DNA of 64,000 bases from Nymphaea colorata. Lineage: Eukaryota. Below are positions 1 through 10,378 of this stretch, piece by piece. The stretch's first letter is position 1, and the number at the start of each line of letters is the position of its first letter. Where the stretch lies: the NCBI RefSeq assembly GCF_008831285.2, contig NC_045138.2:930001-994000 (forward strand), written 5' to 3'. Under the pieces are notes generated by a model. That model was given only the letters and a program-made list of their open reading frames with translations, did no database searches and was not told the DNA's origin. The translations under genes were made by a program, and so were the position numbers.

Positions 1-436
1 TAAGCAATTATCGGCATTTATCAGAGTTTGATTTGAGAACTCGCTATTTTTGTGAGAGCGAGTTGAGTGCACCACTTGGTGCGCGTAAGTCGTATACGCC
101 AAAAAAAAGGTGGAAGTTGGGCTATTTTGAAAATTATTTAAGAAAATGTCATGTTTAGTCTTTTTTTACTTCTTCAGTTTCCTTATTTTCAATTTTTTTT
201 TTTAATTAATCAGGAGCATTTTGGGTCATTAAGCATGCTGGGGCACAAAAAATTTGTGCACCAGCGGGCACATATAAGCCTCTCCGTATTTTTATAGCAG
301 CTGTACCTTTTCTTTTAACCATGAAGTTCTTGTACACACACATGAGAGAGAATTTTGTTAAGAGTGTTGGTAGTCATATACACATGAGAGAAGATGCCGA
401 ACATGGGTTTGGCATGCATGAAAGAAACTGACTCAT

Positions 437-805
437 AACATAAGTCGGAGTCGTTTGACAATAATAATAGTATGCCTTAAATATTGAAGTAGATTCATAA
501 AACTCTAAGTTACAACATTTCATGTTTCAATCTTTTCAAAATAGATATATAAAATAGTAACATAATGTCATTACTGCCAAACAGCTTATAAGGTTCACAC
601 AAACAGTACCAAACATTTAAGGAGCAGTTTGACAATAGTAACAGTATGCTACTTTTTCGTACATCTGCCCTAAATATTGGAATAGTTTCATAGAACTCTA
701 AGTTACAGCCTTTCATGTTTCAATCTTTTGAAAACAGATACATAGTAACATAATGTTATTACTATCAAACAGCCTATAAGGTTGACAGAGACAGTACCAG
801 ACATG
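437..805. repeat. Diverged tandem duplication, about 2 copies of 175-195 bp, downstream of the chitinase
   Basis: taaatattg...aactctaagttaca...catgtttcaatctttt...tagtaacataatgt...tataaggtt...acagtacca starts at ~478 and again at ~671. Confidence 0.8.
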
Positions 806-1988
806 CAACTTGTTCTCTAGACAAAGAGCTTGATGTTCTGTAGGATACATATTCTAGCTATGCATAACGTGACACCTTACATTTTATTTATATGAGTACA
901 AGCATAGACGTGGTAGAGGTATATATGAAATGGTATGATGGATCAGGGAGCAAGGTTGACAGGCGGGGCAGGGCGTTGGCAAATTCTAGCAGTCGATGTT
1001 CTGCCTTGGGTCTACGCCGAACTGCTGGCAGAACCGCTGGTAGAAGCTGACCCTCGACTGTACTTCTCCTGGATTTCCTCCGCCGCACTCACCACTGTTG
1101 ATGGCTCTGATGGTGGAGCCGAAGCCACCGCCTGAGGTGATTCCTTGGTGGCAGTTGCTGTTGAGCATCCAGAACCACACTGCTGTCTTGAAAGATATGC
1201 CTGCATCCTGCCCGACGATCTCTGGGTTGTTCAAGCCGTCGAAGCCAATGGCCTGCCCTGCTGCACCATAGTTGTAGTTCCTGTGTGTATCCTTTTAAAG
1301 TTAGAGAGATATCTAGAGAGAGAGAGAATTTGGTGGCATTTTAAAACAAACAAATAAAAAGGTCATTGATCGTCGATTTAGTTTCTCTGTGAGCATGAGG
1401 TTAACAATCCTTAACAAGAACCTTGCGGTGCAGTAAACTCTTCAAGGAGTGTTGTGATCCCACGGTTTATGGTTTCAAGGGATTAGTACCATGAGAATAT
1501 AATTTCTTTCATATTTGACTCATGTTTTAACTAGATCTCAAGGAAAATGATAAAAGCAGGAGACAAAAGTACGAGCACAGCCGTCTTTTTGAGAAGGAAA
1601 AAGAAAAAACACCAGTGATAAGGCAAAAATGATGCTAAGAAATCATGCATTTGTCTTAACGTATGAGAAATTAATATGTAAATGATTGATACCATGATAG
1701 CTGCAAAGGTCCTCTGCCAAAGTAACTTTTGCCTGGAACACAAGGATATTGCTGATAGCTTTGATTACAATGGTCGGAACGATCTTCTGTTTCGCTTATC
1801 TTGCAGAAGCCTACAGTTTTCATATTGTCAAAAAAACATATTAAACACTTCACTTCATGAGTACCAACTGCTTGTATAATGCAAATTGAGAAGGAGTATT
1901 TTTGCATGGTAGATTGTTGCCACATAAGAGAGCTAGTTGCGGACATACTTCCTGTTTCATGCATGGCATTAGCAAGGAAAGCAGCCAT

Positions 1989-2367
1989 TGTTGAAAACCA
2001 TTGTATCCAAGAGCAAAGAAAGCTAGATAAAAACAGAAGAGAGAGAGAAGAGGGATTTACGTGGTTCGGCAGTTTTAAGCCTACATCCACGAGAAGGGAA
2101 AAGTCTGTTTTTCATTCATATTTCAGAACCATGGTACAACTCTATATATAAAAGATGGGAGCAAAGAAACAGGAACGTGATAAGCTAGATCTTCACAGCA
2201 AGGAAAAAAAGGGATTAAGATAAACTCTTATTTCTTTCAAAGAATCTTAATCTGCTCTTGACTTTTGTTTGACTTGATCTTCTTTCCTGATCTTTTGCAT
2301 GATCTGTGTTCTTCGTGATCTGCCTCCTATCTTGGCGCACTAGATTCCCTTCTAGAAATTTCCAACA
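1989..2367 (-). repeat. 3' LTR (379 bp)
   Basis: Direct repeat of 7131-7498; differs by an 11-bp GA-rich indel and 2 substitutions. Confidence 0.97.
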
Positions 2368-4381
2368 ATCTCCCCCTCAAGTTGGTGAGCAGGATATCAA
2401 TCTGCCCCAACTTGTTTGATATGTAAAGATGTTTGTCCTTTGCAAGACTCTTAGTGAAGATATCAGCTAGTTGCCTTTCGCTTTTAACGTGCGGAGTAGT
2501 GATGGTACCATCTTGAACTTTCTCTCTAATAAAGTGGCAATCAACTTCAATATGTTTGGTGCGCTCATGAAAGACAGGATTAGCTCCAATATATATTGCA
2601 GCCATATTGTCGCACAATAAGCTCATAGCTTTCTTTATTTCAATGTTCATGTCTTTTAGTACTGCTTTGACCCACATAAGTTCACAAGTGCAAGCTGCCA
2701 TTGCTCTGTATTCAGCTTCAGCACTTGATCTGGCTACAACGGTTTGTTTTTTGCTTTTCCATGTTACCAAATTTCCTCCAACAAATGTGCAGTAACCAGA
2801 CGTAGATCTGCGATCATTTGGATCTCCTGCCCAATCAGCATCGGCGTATCCGATTACTTCTAGTTGTTGATCACGTTTCATGAGTATTCCTTTTCTTGGA
2901 GTCCCTTTTAGATACCTCAACACTCTATGGGCAGCTTCAACATGTGTGGATCTTGGTTTATGCATGAACTGACTTATTAAACTAACAGCATAAGCAATAT
3001 CAGGTCTGGTCACAGTTAAATATATGAGTTTACCAACAAGTTGCTGAAAACCTTGAATATTCTCAACAATGTCTCCATCTTCTTTACGCAGTTTGCAGTT
3101 TAGTTCCAAAGGAGTGTCAGCAGCCTTAGCTCCAATGTATCCTGTCTCTTTTAATAGGTCAAGAATATATTTCCGTTGGCAAATAAAAATACCTTTGTCA
3201 GAGTGCGCAACTTCAATACCCAAAAAATACCTTAAAACACCTAGATCTTTGATTTCGAACTGCTTATTAAGGAGTTGTTTGACTTGCGCCATGAATTCTG
3301 TGTCATCTCCTGTCAAAATAATGTCATCTACATAAACAAGTAAGATAACAATTTTCAATCCTCTAGTATAGGTGAACATGGTATAATCTGCTGAACTTCT
3401 TTTAAAACCAATTTGAGTAAGAACATCGCTTAAGCGAGAGAACCAAGCACGAGGAGACTGTTTTAACCCATATAAAGCCTTTTTTAACTTACAGACATAC
3501 CCACTTGGGTTTGGAACACCCTGCGGAACTTCCATATAAACTTCTTCATGAAGTTCTCCATGCAAGAAAGCGTTTTTCACATCAAGCTGCATTAATTCCC
3601 ACCTTTTATTAGCTGCAACAGAAAGTAAAATCCTGATGGTGTTCATTTTGGCAACTGGAGAGAATGTTTCATTGTAATCTATTCCTTCTGTTTGCATGAA
3701 ACCCTTTCCAACTAGACGAGCCTTGAACCGTTCCACTGTCCCATCACTTTTAAACTTTAGTTTATACACCCACTTGCATCCAACCAATTTCTTTCCTTCA
3801 GGGAGAGGAACAAGATCCCAAGTTTGATTTTTGTGCAACGCAGTAAGTTCTTCTTTCATAGCTTCTCTCCACCTACTGTCCCTGTTTGCCTCATCAAAGG
3901 TTTTTGGTTCGGTTTGGGAGTAAGTGTTTAACACATAGGTTTGGTACGGAAGAGATAGGGTCTGAAATGTTACATATTTTTCTATTGAATGAACTTTGCC
4001 TGCAGTCAAGTAGGTGTAGTAGTCACTCAGTTTTATTGGTGGTCTGGTATTACGAGTGGAACGACGAATAGGTAGCTCAGGACCTTGGCTTTGGGTTGAT
4101 TCAGATACATTGATCTCTGGGAATATTTGTTCAGGTTCTTCCATGATAGATCCCTCTCTATGATCTATGGGGTTAGATTCTATAGACTGGTGATCAACAA
4201 CAGAGGTGTTGTTAAAAACATCAACAAGAGGCTGAACCTGCTCACTGTGCTGCAAATCTTCATTACTTACTTGCTCCCCCTGAATTGAGACACCAAAGTA
4301 TGGCTCCTGCTCAAAAAACTTAACATCACGAGCAACAAGAAGTTTCCGAGAAATAGGATCATAACACTTGTATCCTCTTTT
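2327..4381 (-). CDS. copia integrase C-terminus, reverse transcriptase and RNase H (same frame as upstream ORF, after the TGA)
   Basis: KRGYKCYDP continues in frame after the stop; QLDVKNAFLHG, LYGLKQSPRAW and YVDDII RT motifs; DADWAG...RTKHIEVDCHFIR RNase H; ORF runs through the PPT into the 3' LTR. Confidence 0.95.
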   Translation of the reverse strand, partial: KRGYKCYDPISRKLLVARDVKFFEQEPYFGVSIQGEQVSNEDLQHSEQVQPLVDVFNNTSVVDHQSIESNPIDHREGSIMEEPEQIFPEINVSESTQSQGPELPIRRSTRNTRPPIKLSDYYTYLTAGKVHSIEKYVTFQTLSLPYQTYVLNTYSQTEPKTFDEANRDSRWREAMKEELTALHKNQTWDLVPLPEGKKLVGCKWVYKLKFKSDGTVERFKARLVGKGFMQTEGIDYNETFSPVAKMNTIRILLSVAANKRWELMQLDVKNAFLHGELHEEVYMEVPQGVPNPSGYVCKLKKALYGLKQSPRAWFSRLSDVLTQIGFKRSSADYTMFTYTRGLKIVILLVYVDDIILTGDDTEFMAQVKQLLNKQFEIKDLGVLRYFLGIEVAHSDKGIFICQRKYILDLLKETGYIGAKAADTPLELNCKLRKEDGDIVENIQGFQQLVGKLIYLTVTRPDIAYAVSLISQFMHKPRSTHVEAAHRVLRYLKGTPRKGILMKRDQQLEVIGYADADWAGDPNDRRSTSGYCTFVGGNLVTWKSKKQTVVARSSAEAEYRAMAACTCELMWVKAVLKDMNIEIKKAMSLLCDNMAAIYIGANPVFHERTKHIEVDCHFIREKVQDGTITTPHVKSERQLADIFTKSLAKDKHLYISNKLGQIDILLTNLRGRLLEISRRESSAPR

Positions 4382-6643
4382 TCAACTAGAATAACCTAGA
4401 AAAATACATTTTGTAGCTCGTTTCTGAAACTTGTTCCTAAAATTTTCTTGAACATGCACATAACATTTGCACCCAAAAACTTTGAGATGTTGAATTGAAA
4501 CTGTCCTTCCTAAAAGAAATTCAATAGGAATTTTATCATCTATACTCGAATTTGGAGTTCTATTGCTTAAATAGCAAGCTGTAGCAATAGCATCAGTCCA
4601 AAAACGTGAAGGAACATTCATATGCATCATAATAGATCGACCAATATTGAGTAACTGACGATTTTTTCGTTCTGCAACTCCATTTTGTTGAGGGGTTCCT
4701 GCACATGTATACTGAGGTTGGATGCCTTTTTCTTTCAAGAAATTTTTTAGAATGTCATTAACATATTCTCCTCCATTGTCTGATCGAAGCTTTTGGATCT
4801 TAGAACCATATTGAGTGAGAACCATGTTATAAAATTCCTCAAACAATGTGGGAACTTCACTTTTATTTTTGAGAAAATAGATCCATGTCATTCTAGACTT
4901 ATCATCAATAAATGAAACATAATACTTAAAACCAGCATAAGAATCCTCAGGGGCAGGCCCCCACACATCAGAATGTACTAAACTGAAAAAATTAGAAGAT
5001 CTCTCACTGTTAGGTTGGAACGGCAACCTTGTTGATTTGGAAAACTCACAAGCATCGCATGCCCTGCTTTCAATGGTGAGATTAGGAACCAGCTGCTTTA
5101 AACTCCTATCAGAGACATGTCCAAGGCGAGCATGCCACTTTTGGTACTCAGATTCTTTTTCTCTGTAAGTAAGGAAACTAGCATCACACGTATCTATCAT
5201 ATAGAGACCTCCATGCTCGCGTCCTCTACCAATCACTTTCTTCGAGTTTCGATCCTGAAAAATCACCTCCTTTGAAGAAAAAATAGCCAAACAATTATGA
5301 GTTTTTGTCAATTTGCTCACAGACATTAGACTGGCAGATATCTTAGGAACATAGAGAACACTAGATTTAATATCTTTTTCAAGAAAAGTAGTTCTACCAA
5401 CTCCTTCAACTGCTATAGGAGACCCATCTGCAGTAAAGACGTGTTGTTTTTGTTCTTTGTCTAAACTAGTAATCTTAAAAGAATTTCCAGTCATGTGATC
5501 GGTGGCCCCAGAGTCAACAATCCAAGTTGAAGCAGCAGAAACAGAAATAAGAGCATGATTCTTACCTTCAGATTCAACTGGTTGAGATGAAACCAGATTC
5601 GTCTTTGAAAACTTTTGAAAGAATTTTTCAAGATCTTCCTTGGTCACAAAGTTGGCTAGATCTGATTGTTTGGATGATGATTTCTCTTTCGTTGGACGAC
5701 CAATTAACTCCCAACATCTATCACGTGTGTGTCCAATCTTCTCGCAGTGATTGCATTTGAATCTGCTTCGGATTCTCTGGCCATTGTTGCTATCATTGAG
5801 TAGTTTGGAGTCTCCCTTTTTATTGTTAACATAACATGCCATTTTCTCAAGACTTTCTTCACTACTAATTTTTGAGGACACGTTCATAACTTTTCGACGG
5901 GCTACCTCTCTTTGTATGGTCTGACAAACATTGTTAAATGTTGGAAGAGGAGACGTCATCAAAATCTGACTTCGAACTGCTTCGTAATCATCAGGTAGAC
6001 CAGCAAGAACTTTGAAGATCTTATCTTCTTCAAATCTATGTTTATAAACATCAGGATCAAAGGTGGCTGGTCGGTATTGTAAGAGTTCATCATAGAGACT
6101 TCGTAGCTGACCAAGATAAAGTTGAATTGGCTTATCTCCCATAGTAAGCTTAGAAATTTCCATTTGAATTTCATAAATACGAGCCAGATTGTTTTGTTCT
6201 CCATACAACTCTTTCAAGGTATCCCAGACCTCTTTAGCTGTTTCTTGGTAAAGAAACAAATTAGCAATTGGCTGCTCCATAGAATTGATTAACCACGACA
6301 TAATCATGTCGTTTTCTGACTCCCACTCTTGGTATTTTGGATCATCTTTATCAGGTTGTTTTATAGAACCATTGATGAATCCAAGTTTTGATCGTCCACT
6401 AAGAAACAGACGAGCAGCTTTTGCCCAGCTTAAGTAATTTTTGCCATTGAGAAGAGTAGATGTAATCTTCAATGTGTTGACGTTATGATCGTTGTTTCTT
6501 GGATTTTCTTTGACATTGCTGCTTTGATTAGATTCTTCCATGAAGACAGAGAAAAAAGCACACCGACTCCTCAAATAGCAGGGCAAAAAATTAAATACAC
6601 AAGAGATCAAACTGAACAAGATCCAAAAAAACACCGAGCGCAA
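4382..6643 (-). CDS. copia Gag-protease-integrase portion of the polyprotein (likely start Met at MEESNQ), ending at a premature TGA
   Basis: LNGKNYLSW gag motif, CNHCEKIGHTRDRC zinc knuckle, WIVDSGATDHMTG protease, WHARLGH...CDAC and HSDVWGP...LRSDNGGEY...QQNGVAERKNR integrase. Confidence 0.95.
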   Translation of the reverse strand: MRSVFFWILFSLISCVFNFLPCYLRSRCAFFSVFMEESNQSSNVKENPRNNDHNVNTLKITSTLLNGKNYLSWAKAARLFLSGRSKLGFINGSIKQPDKDDPKYQEWESENDMIMSWLINSMEQPIANLFLYQETAKEVWDTLKELYGEQNNLARIYEIQMEISKLTMGDKPIQLYLGQLRSLYDELLQYRPATFDPDVYKHRFEEDKIFKVLAGLPDDYEAVRSQILMTSPLPTFNNVCQTIQREVARRKVMNVSSKISSEESLEKMACYVNNKKGDSKLLNDSNNGQRIRSRFKCNHCEKIGHTRDRCWELIGRPTKEKSSSKQSDLANFVTKEDLEKFFQKFSKTNLVSSQPVESEGKNHALISVSAASTWIVDSGATDHMTGNSFKITSLDKEQKQHVFTADGSPIAVEGVGRTTFLEKDIKSSVLYVPKISASLMSVSKLTKTHNCLAIFSSKEVIFQDRNSKKVIGRGREHGGLYMIDTCDASFLTYREKESEYQKWHARLGHVSDRSLKQLVPNLTIESRACDACEFSKSTRLPFQPNSERSSNFFSLVHSDVWGPAPEDSYAGFKYYVSFIDDKSRMTWIYFLKNKSEVPTLFEEFYNMVLTQYGSKIQKLRSDNGGEYVNDILKNFLKEKGIQPQYTCAGTPQQNGVAERKNRQLLNIGRSIMMHMNVPSRFWTDAIATACYLSNRTPNSSIDDKIPIEFLLGRTVSIQHLKVFGCKCYVHVQENFRNKFQKRATKCIFLGYSS

Positions 6644-7130
6644 ACAACTTTGGGCATGGGTGATAAATTTCAGTCGTTAGTCACAGATGACTACCAAAGG
6701 ACCTGGGAGGATTCAAGAGGACTCTGCTCGACAACTGAAAATCCCAAAAAATACTGACGTCGCCAGAGAATGATTAAACGAACTTCCTCGCGTGGTCTCT
6801 GTTTTTCTTTTTAAACAGAAATTCTCTTCCTCCAACGAGAATCAATGAATGGTGAAGTTAATCCAGACGATAATGAGAATACATCACCGAAGCATAGAAA
6901 ATCCCCAATTCTGAGATTTAGGAAAAAAACTGTTACCGTAAAGGCAGAACCTTGCCAGAAGGATTGTTGTTCTCAGGCGAAGCTCTGGTTTCTTCTGTAA
7001 TTTGTCTTCAATCAGACTTAGAAGACTAACGAACAATCCTCTGATCAGAGTGATACTTCTGGTGACTAGCGTTCTTTAGGAACAATAAACACTATGAAGC
7101 ACTCTCTCTCAAGAACCTGCTCTGATACCA

Positions 7131-7498
7131 TGTTGAAAACCATTGTATCCAAGAGCAAAGAAAGCTAGATAAAAACAGAAGAGGGATTTACGTGGTTCGG
7201 CAGTTTTAAGCCTACATCCACGAGAAGGGAAAAGTCTGTTTTTCATTCATATTTCAGAACCACGGTACAACTCTATATATAGAAGATGGGAGCAAAGAAA
7301 CAGGAACGTGATAAGCTAGATCTTCACAGCAAGGAAAAAAAGGGATTAAGATAAACTCTTATTTCTTTCAAAGAATCTTAATCTGCTCTTGACTTTTGTT
7401 TGACTTGATCTTCTTTCCTGATCTTTTGCATGATCTGTGTTCTTCGTGATCTGCCTCCTATCTTGGCGCACTAGATTCCCTTCTAGAAATTTCCAACA
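7131..7498 (-). repeat. 5' LTR (368 bp)
   Basis: Adjacent to the tRNA-iMet PBS; TG...CA termini. Confidence 0.97.
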
Positions 7499-7789
7499 GC
7501 CATCTCCCTCTTTTGAACGTCGGTGCCGCCGGTGGTGCCAAAGCCACCATAACTTTCAGCGGCGGATATGAATGAATCATAGTTGTAGAAGCCTTTCCCC
7601 TCACAACCATCTGGAGGAAGGAGGGTATTGAAGAAATCAGAAGTCACAATCGTCCGTGGAGTGTCCTGGGCCAAGCCCACTTCCAGGACAAGAGCTACAA
7701 GAACAAACCCAAAAAACTGTGTGTAGCTCTCCATGATTCTGATTATGATCACTTCTCTTGTTATGTCTTGTTTTAAGCATTCTATCTGG

Positions 7790-7810
7790 TATTTATAAGC
7801 ACCAAGTCAA
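7790..7810 (-). promoter_or_regulatory. Chitinase proximal promoter: TATA box and W-box
   Basis: TATAAATA on - strand at 7797-7790, about 55 bp upstream of the ATG; TTGACT W-box at 7810-7805. Confidence 0.55.
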
Positions 7811-8438
7811 TGATCACAACGACCTAGGATCGATGTTTACTTGGAAAGATCCACGCTCCTTCCCCTTCAATTTTCGGTCTTTGACAAGTCTTCCTCTTTT
7901 TTTTATGCTTCAATCTTTATCATGGGGCTAAGTTGCATGAGTAGGGGTACTTTTGGAGACATATACGAATATATGCAAAATAGGAAAACATGAAAAAAAA
8001 GGAAATCAACATTTAAATAAATAAGTGATACCAATAAAAACATTATATGTAAATGAACAACAAAAAAATAAAATGAAAACTGAGTTATTAAATCAAGTAA
8101 AATTAAGTAGTTTGGATTATCATGTGTGTCCAAGTACACATTTTAGATAAATACTCATTTTAGATGGAGGTATGGCGATACATGTATATATGCTGAAGTA
8201 CTAAAGTACACATGTGACTTAGTTATCGGGCTTATATTTTTGGTTTTGTTGATACAAATTTTACTTTTGTTAACAAATAATGCGCCTATCATAACTAAGA
8301 ATTAATTATGTTTTTTCATGTTGTTCTTTGAAGGAAGGCTTTTGACAAGCTCCCTAGGAATAATGAGTTATTGTTCTTATCGCCAAATAACTCCTCAAAC
8401 TAACAACTTCAAGCGCCATAAATAGAGTATTATTTTAT

Positions 8439-8802
8439 GAAAAATTACAAAAAGGCACCCAACCTTTGGCATACATCACTATCAACTTTGAAAGGTTTAC
8501 AAATTGGTGCTCAACATTAGAGAGAAATTCTCAAATATGCAGTGCCTATTAGCATTTGAGAAAATTTCTGAGAGAGCTGCCTATTAATAGAAAATTAACA
8601 TTAATTTTTTGTATAATATCATAAAAGTGTCTCCCTGAAGAACCGTTTCTCCCATAGCTGATGAAAGATACTTTTGTCTTTTAAGAAGGGTATTTTATTT
8701 ATTTTTTATTAAAATTAATGTTTTCCATCAATATAAGCGGCTCTTTGATAATTTCTTTTAAAAGTTGGGAGCGTATAACGTAGGCACCTTTTTGCGATTC
8801 TT
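8439..8802. mobile_element. Degenerate fold-back (Mutator-like) MITE
   Basis: Imperfect terminal inverted repeats GAAAAATTACAAAAAGGCACC / GGCACCTTTTTGCGATTCTT and inner inverted pair agagctgcctatt..aacattaatttt / aaaattaatgtt..aagcggctct; no clean TSD seen. Confidence 0.45.
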
Positions 8803-9495
8803 TTGTCCAACGTTTTTAATGACACTTACTGAGACCCACCCATCCTTGTTGATGAACGGCGAGCAGTGGCCCGATTTTTGGACCGTTTCCGTTCATCATC
8901 ATTTAATCAAGTCTTACTTGATTGACCCGACCGGTCTTTGTACAATAAATATTGAGGAAAGATTGGAAGCAAAGTCCTCAACTTCTTTGACACGATATCA
9001 GCCACTGGTTCATAATTAATTATGGAAAAAAAAATTCTTGGGAGAATTTATGGACTTTGCACCTGTTCATCAAACATATGACATATGTATCATAGGTCAT
9101 AGCAACAGAAAATATGTATTTTTCACAAAATATATTTAAAATGTTCAAAACTGGTTACCATAAGAAAAAACACTTTTTTTTACAAAAACATTTTATTCGT
9201 GTTTTTTCACATTTTTCCTTTTTTCGTGTTTTTTCATGTTTTTTGCTACCAAATTTTTATTTTCATATTTTTTTTACATTTTATTTTTAAGATTTTTTGA
9301 CCACCTTTTTTCTGGCCACAATTTAATTGTTTCATCCTTTTCCTTATAAAAGACAACTTGATGTTTTATATCCGTACAACACCCTGCTATTAAAACCCAA
9401 AAACCAAAAATGATATTTTGTCGGTAATTGGAAATACGTCGAAAAATTGATTACTGAAACCCGTTGCTAATAATACCATAAATCGTTGCCAAAAG

Positions 9496-10378
9496 TAGGG
9501 CTGCACAACTAGTCGAGCCAACTCGGGCTCGACTCGAACTCACTCGAAAAAGCTCAGCTTGAGCTCGACTCATTTATAAATGAGTCGAGTTTGAGCTCAC
9601 ACTTAAACTCGAAACTACAAACTAATCGAGTTCGAGTTGCAAGAACTCGACCCGACTCGTTATTAAACTGAATCGTACAAACCAGTTCATCAAACCGGTT
9701 CACTGGTTTAGGGTTAAAACTGTTTACCGAAGGCCAACATACTTCCGTCTTTCAAACTAATCTCTCTCTTTTCCGTCGGCTCTTTCCCTTCTCAACTTCT
9801 CGTCTTCACAAACGAGAGTTTTTCGTTTCCCTTGTTATCTTAATAAAAGTATACTTTCAGGATGTTTGATGCCCTCTAGAAATTGTTTGAGACAAATCTT
9901 CTTAGAGAACACCTCGGCGTGAGTCCAATGAGTCCTCCGGCGATGCCGGATGAGGAGTCCGTCGCTTGGTCTCCTTCCTTCTTCTTCTCTGCTTCTATGC
10001 AGAAACGGAAGCTTCTCTCATCGCTCCCTCAGCGTTGATACTTCTCCAGTCGAGCTTGCGCCGGACCTCCTTCGCAGCAACGAATGGAGTTCAGAGGTTG
10101 AGAAGGAGCTGAGCAGCCGGCTCCCCTCTTTCTCCCCTTCCCAACTCCTACTTCTTGTTGAGAGAATTGGGGACAGCCAAAGAGCTTTGAAGTAATTGAG
10201 CTAAACGAGTCGAGCTCGACTTTATGTAGTCGAGTCGAGCTCGAGCTTGTTATAAGAAGCTCGGCTCGAGTTCAAGCCGAGCTCGGGTATTTTTAGCCAA
10301 GTCGAGCTCGAGTACTTTTAGCGGAGTCGAGCTCGAGCTGGCCAAGCTCAGGGTCGGCTCGGCTCATGTGCAGCCGTA
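9496..10378. mobile_element. Non-autonomous hAT element with an internal captured gene-like fragment (Pack-hAT)
   Basis: TIRs TAGGGCTGCACA / TGTGCAGCCGTA; 8-bp TSD GCCAAAAG / GCAAAAAG (7/8); dense CTCGA/GAGCTCG subterminal repeats at both ends; no transposase. Confidence 0.85.
9950..10195 (+). pseudogene. Captured 5' fragment of a probable organelle-targeted PPR protein gene
   Basis: S/R/L-rich transit-peptide-like start, then LLRSNEWSSEVEKELSSRLPSFSPSQLLLLVERIGDSQRALK, resembling the leader that precedes the repeats in P-class PPRs (W..EVEK.L...AL.FF); ORF ends where the element's right subterminal repeats begin. Pattern recognition only. Confidence 0.5.

Larger units (their letters stand above)
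1989..7498 (-). mobile_element. Full-length Ty1/copia LTR retrotransposon
   Basis: LTRs 1989-2367 and 7131-7498, both TGTTG...CAACA; TSD GCCAT at 1984-1988 and 7499-7503; PBS TGGTATCAGAGC (tRNA-iMet) at 7130-7119; PPT TTGAGGGGGAGAT at 2380-2368; domain order gag-PR-INT-RT-RNaseH is diagnostic of copia. Confidence 0.98.
986..7734 (-). pseudogene. GH19 chitinase (class IV-like, no hevein/chitin-binding domain), disrupted in exon 1 by a copia retrotransposon
   Basis: Exon 1a 7734-7499 (signal peptide [22 protein letters not shown], then [16 protein letters not shown]...KREMA). Exon 1b 1983-1949 (AFLANAMHETG), exon 2 1810-1693 (FCKISE...YFGRGPLQLSW), exon 3 1280-986 ([20 protein letters not shown]...FKTAVWFWM...[10 protein letters not shown]...NIDC*). 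GT-AG introns have compatible phases; removing the element and one TSD copy restores a single ORF with the GH19 HETG, GRGPLQL and NYNY motifs. Confidence 0.93.

Noticed and set aside
2327..2380. pol ORF running into the 3' LTR as a novelty
   Set aside because: Common in copia elements whose PPT overlaps the terminal LRG codons.
2607..6757. Short antisense and alternate-frame ORFs over gag-pol, and similar ones over NMD3, KOR and the chitinase
   Set aside because: Shadow ORFs of real coding sequence with no independent motifs.
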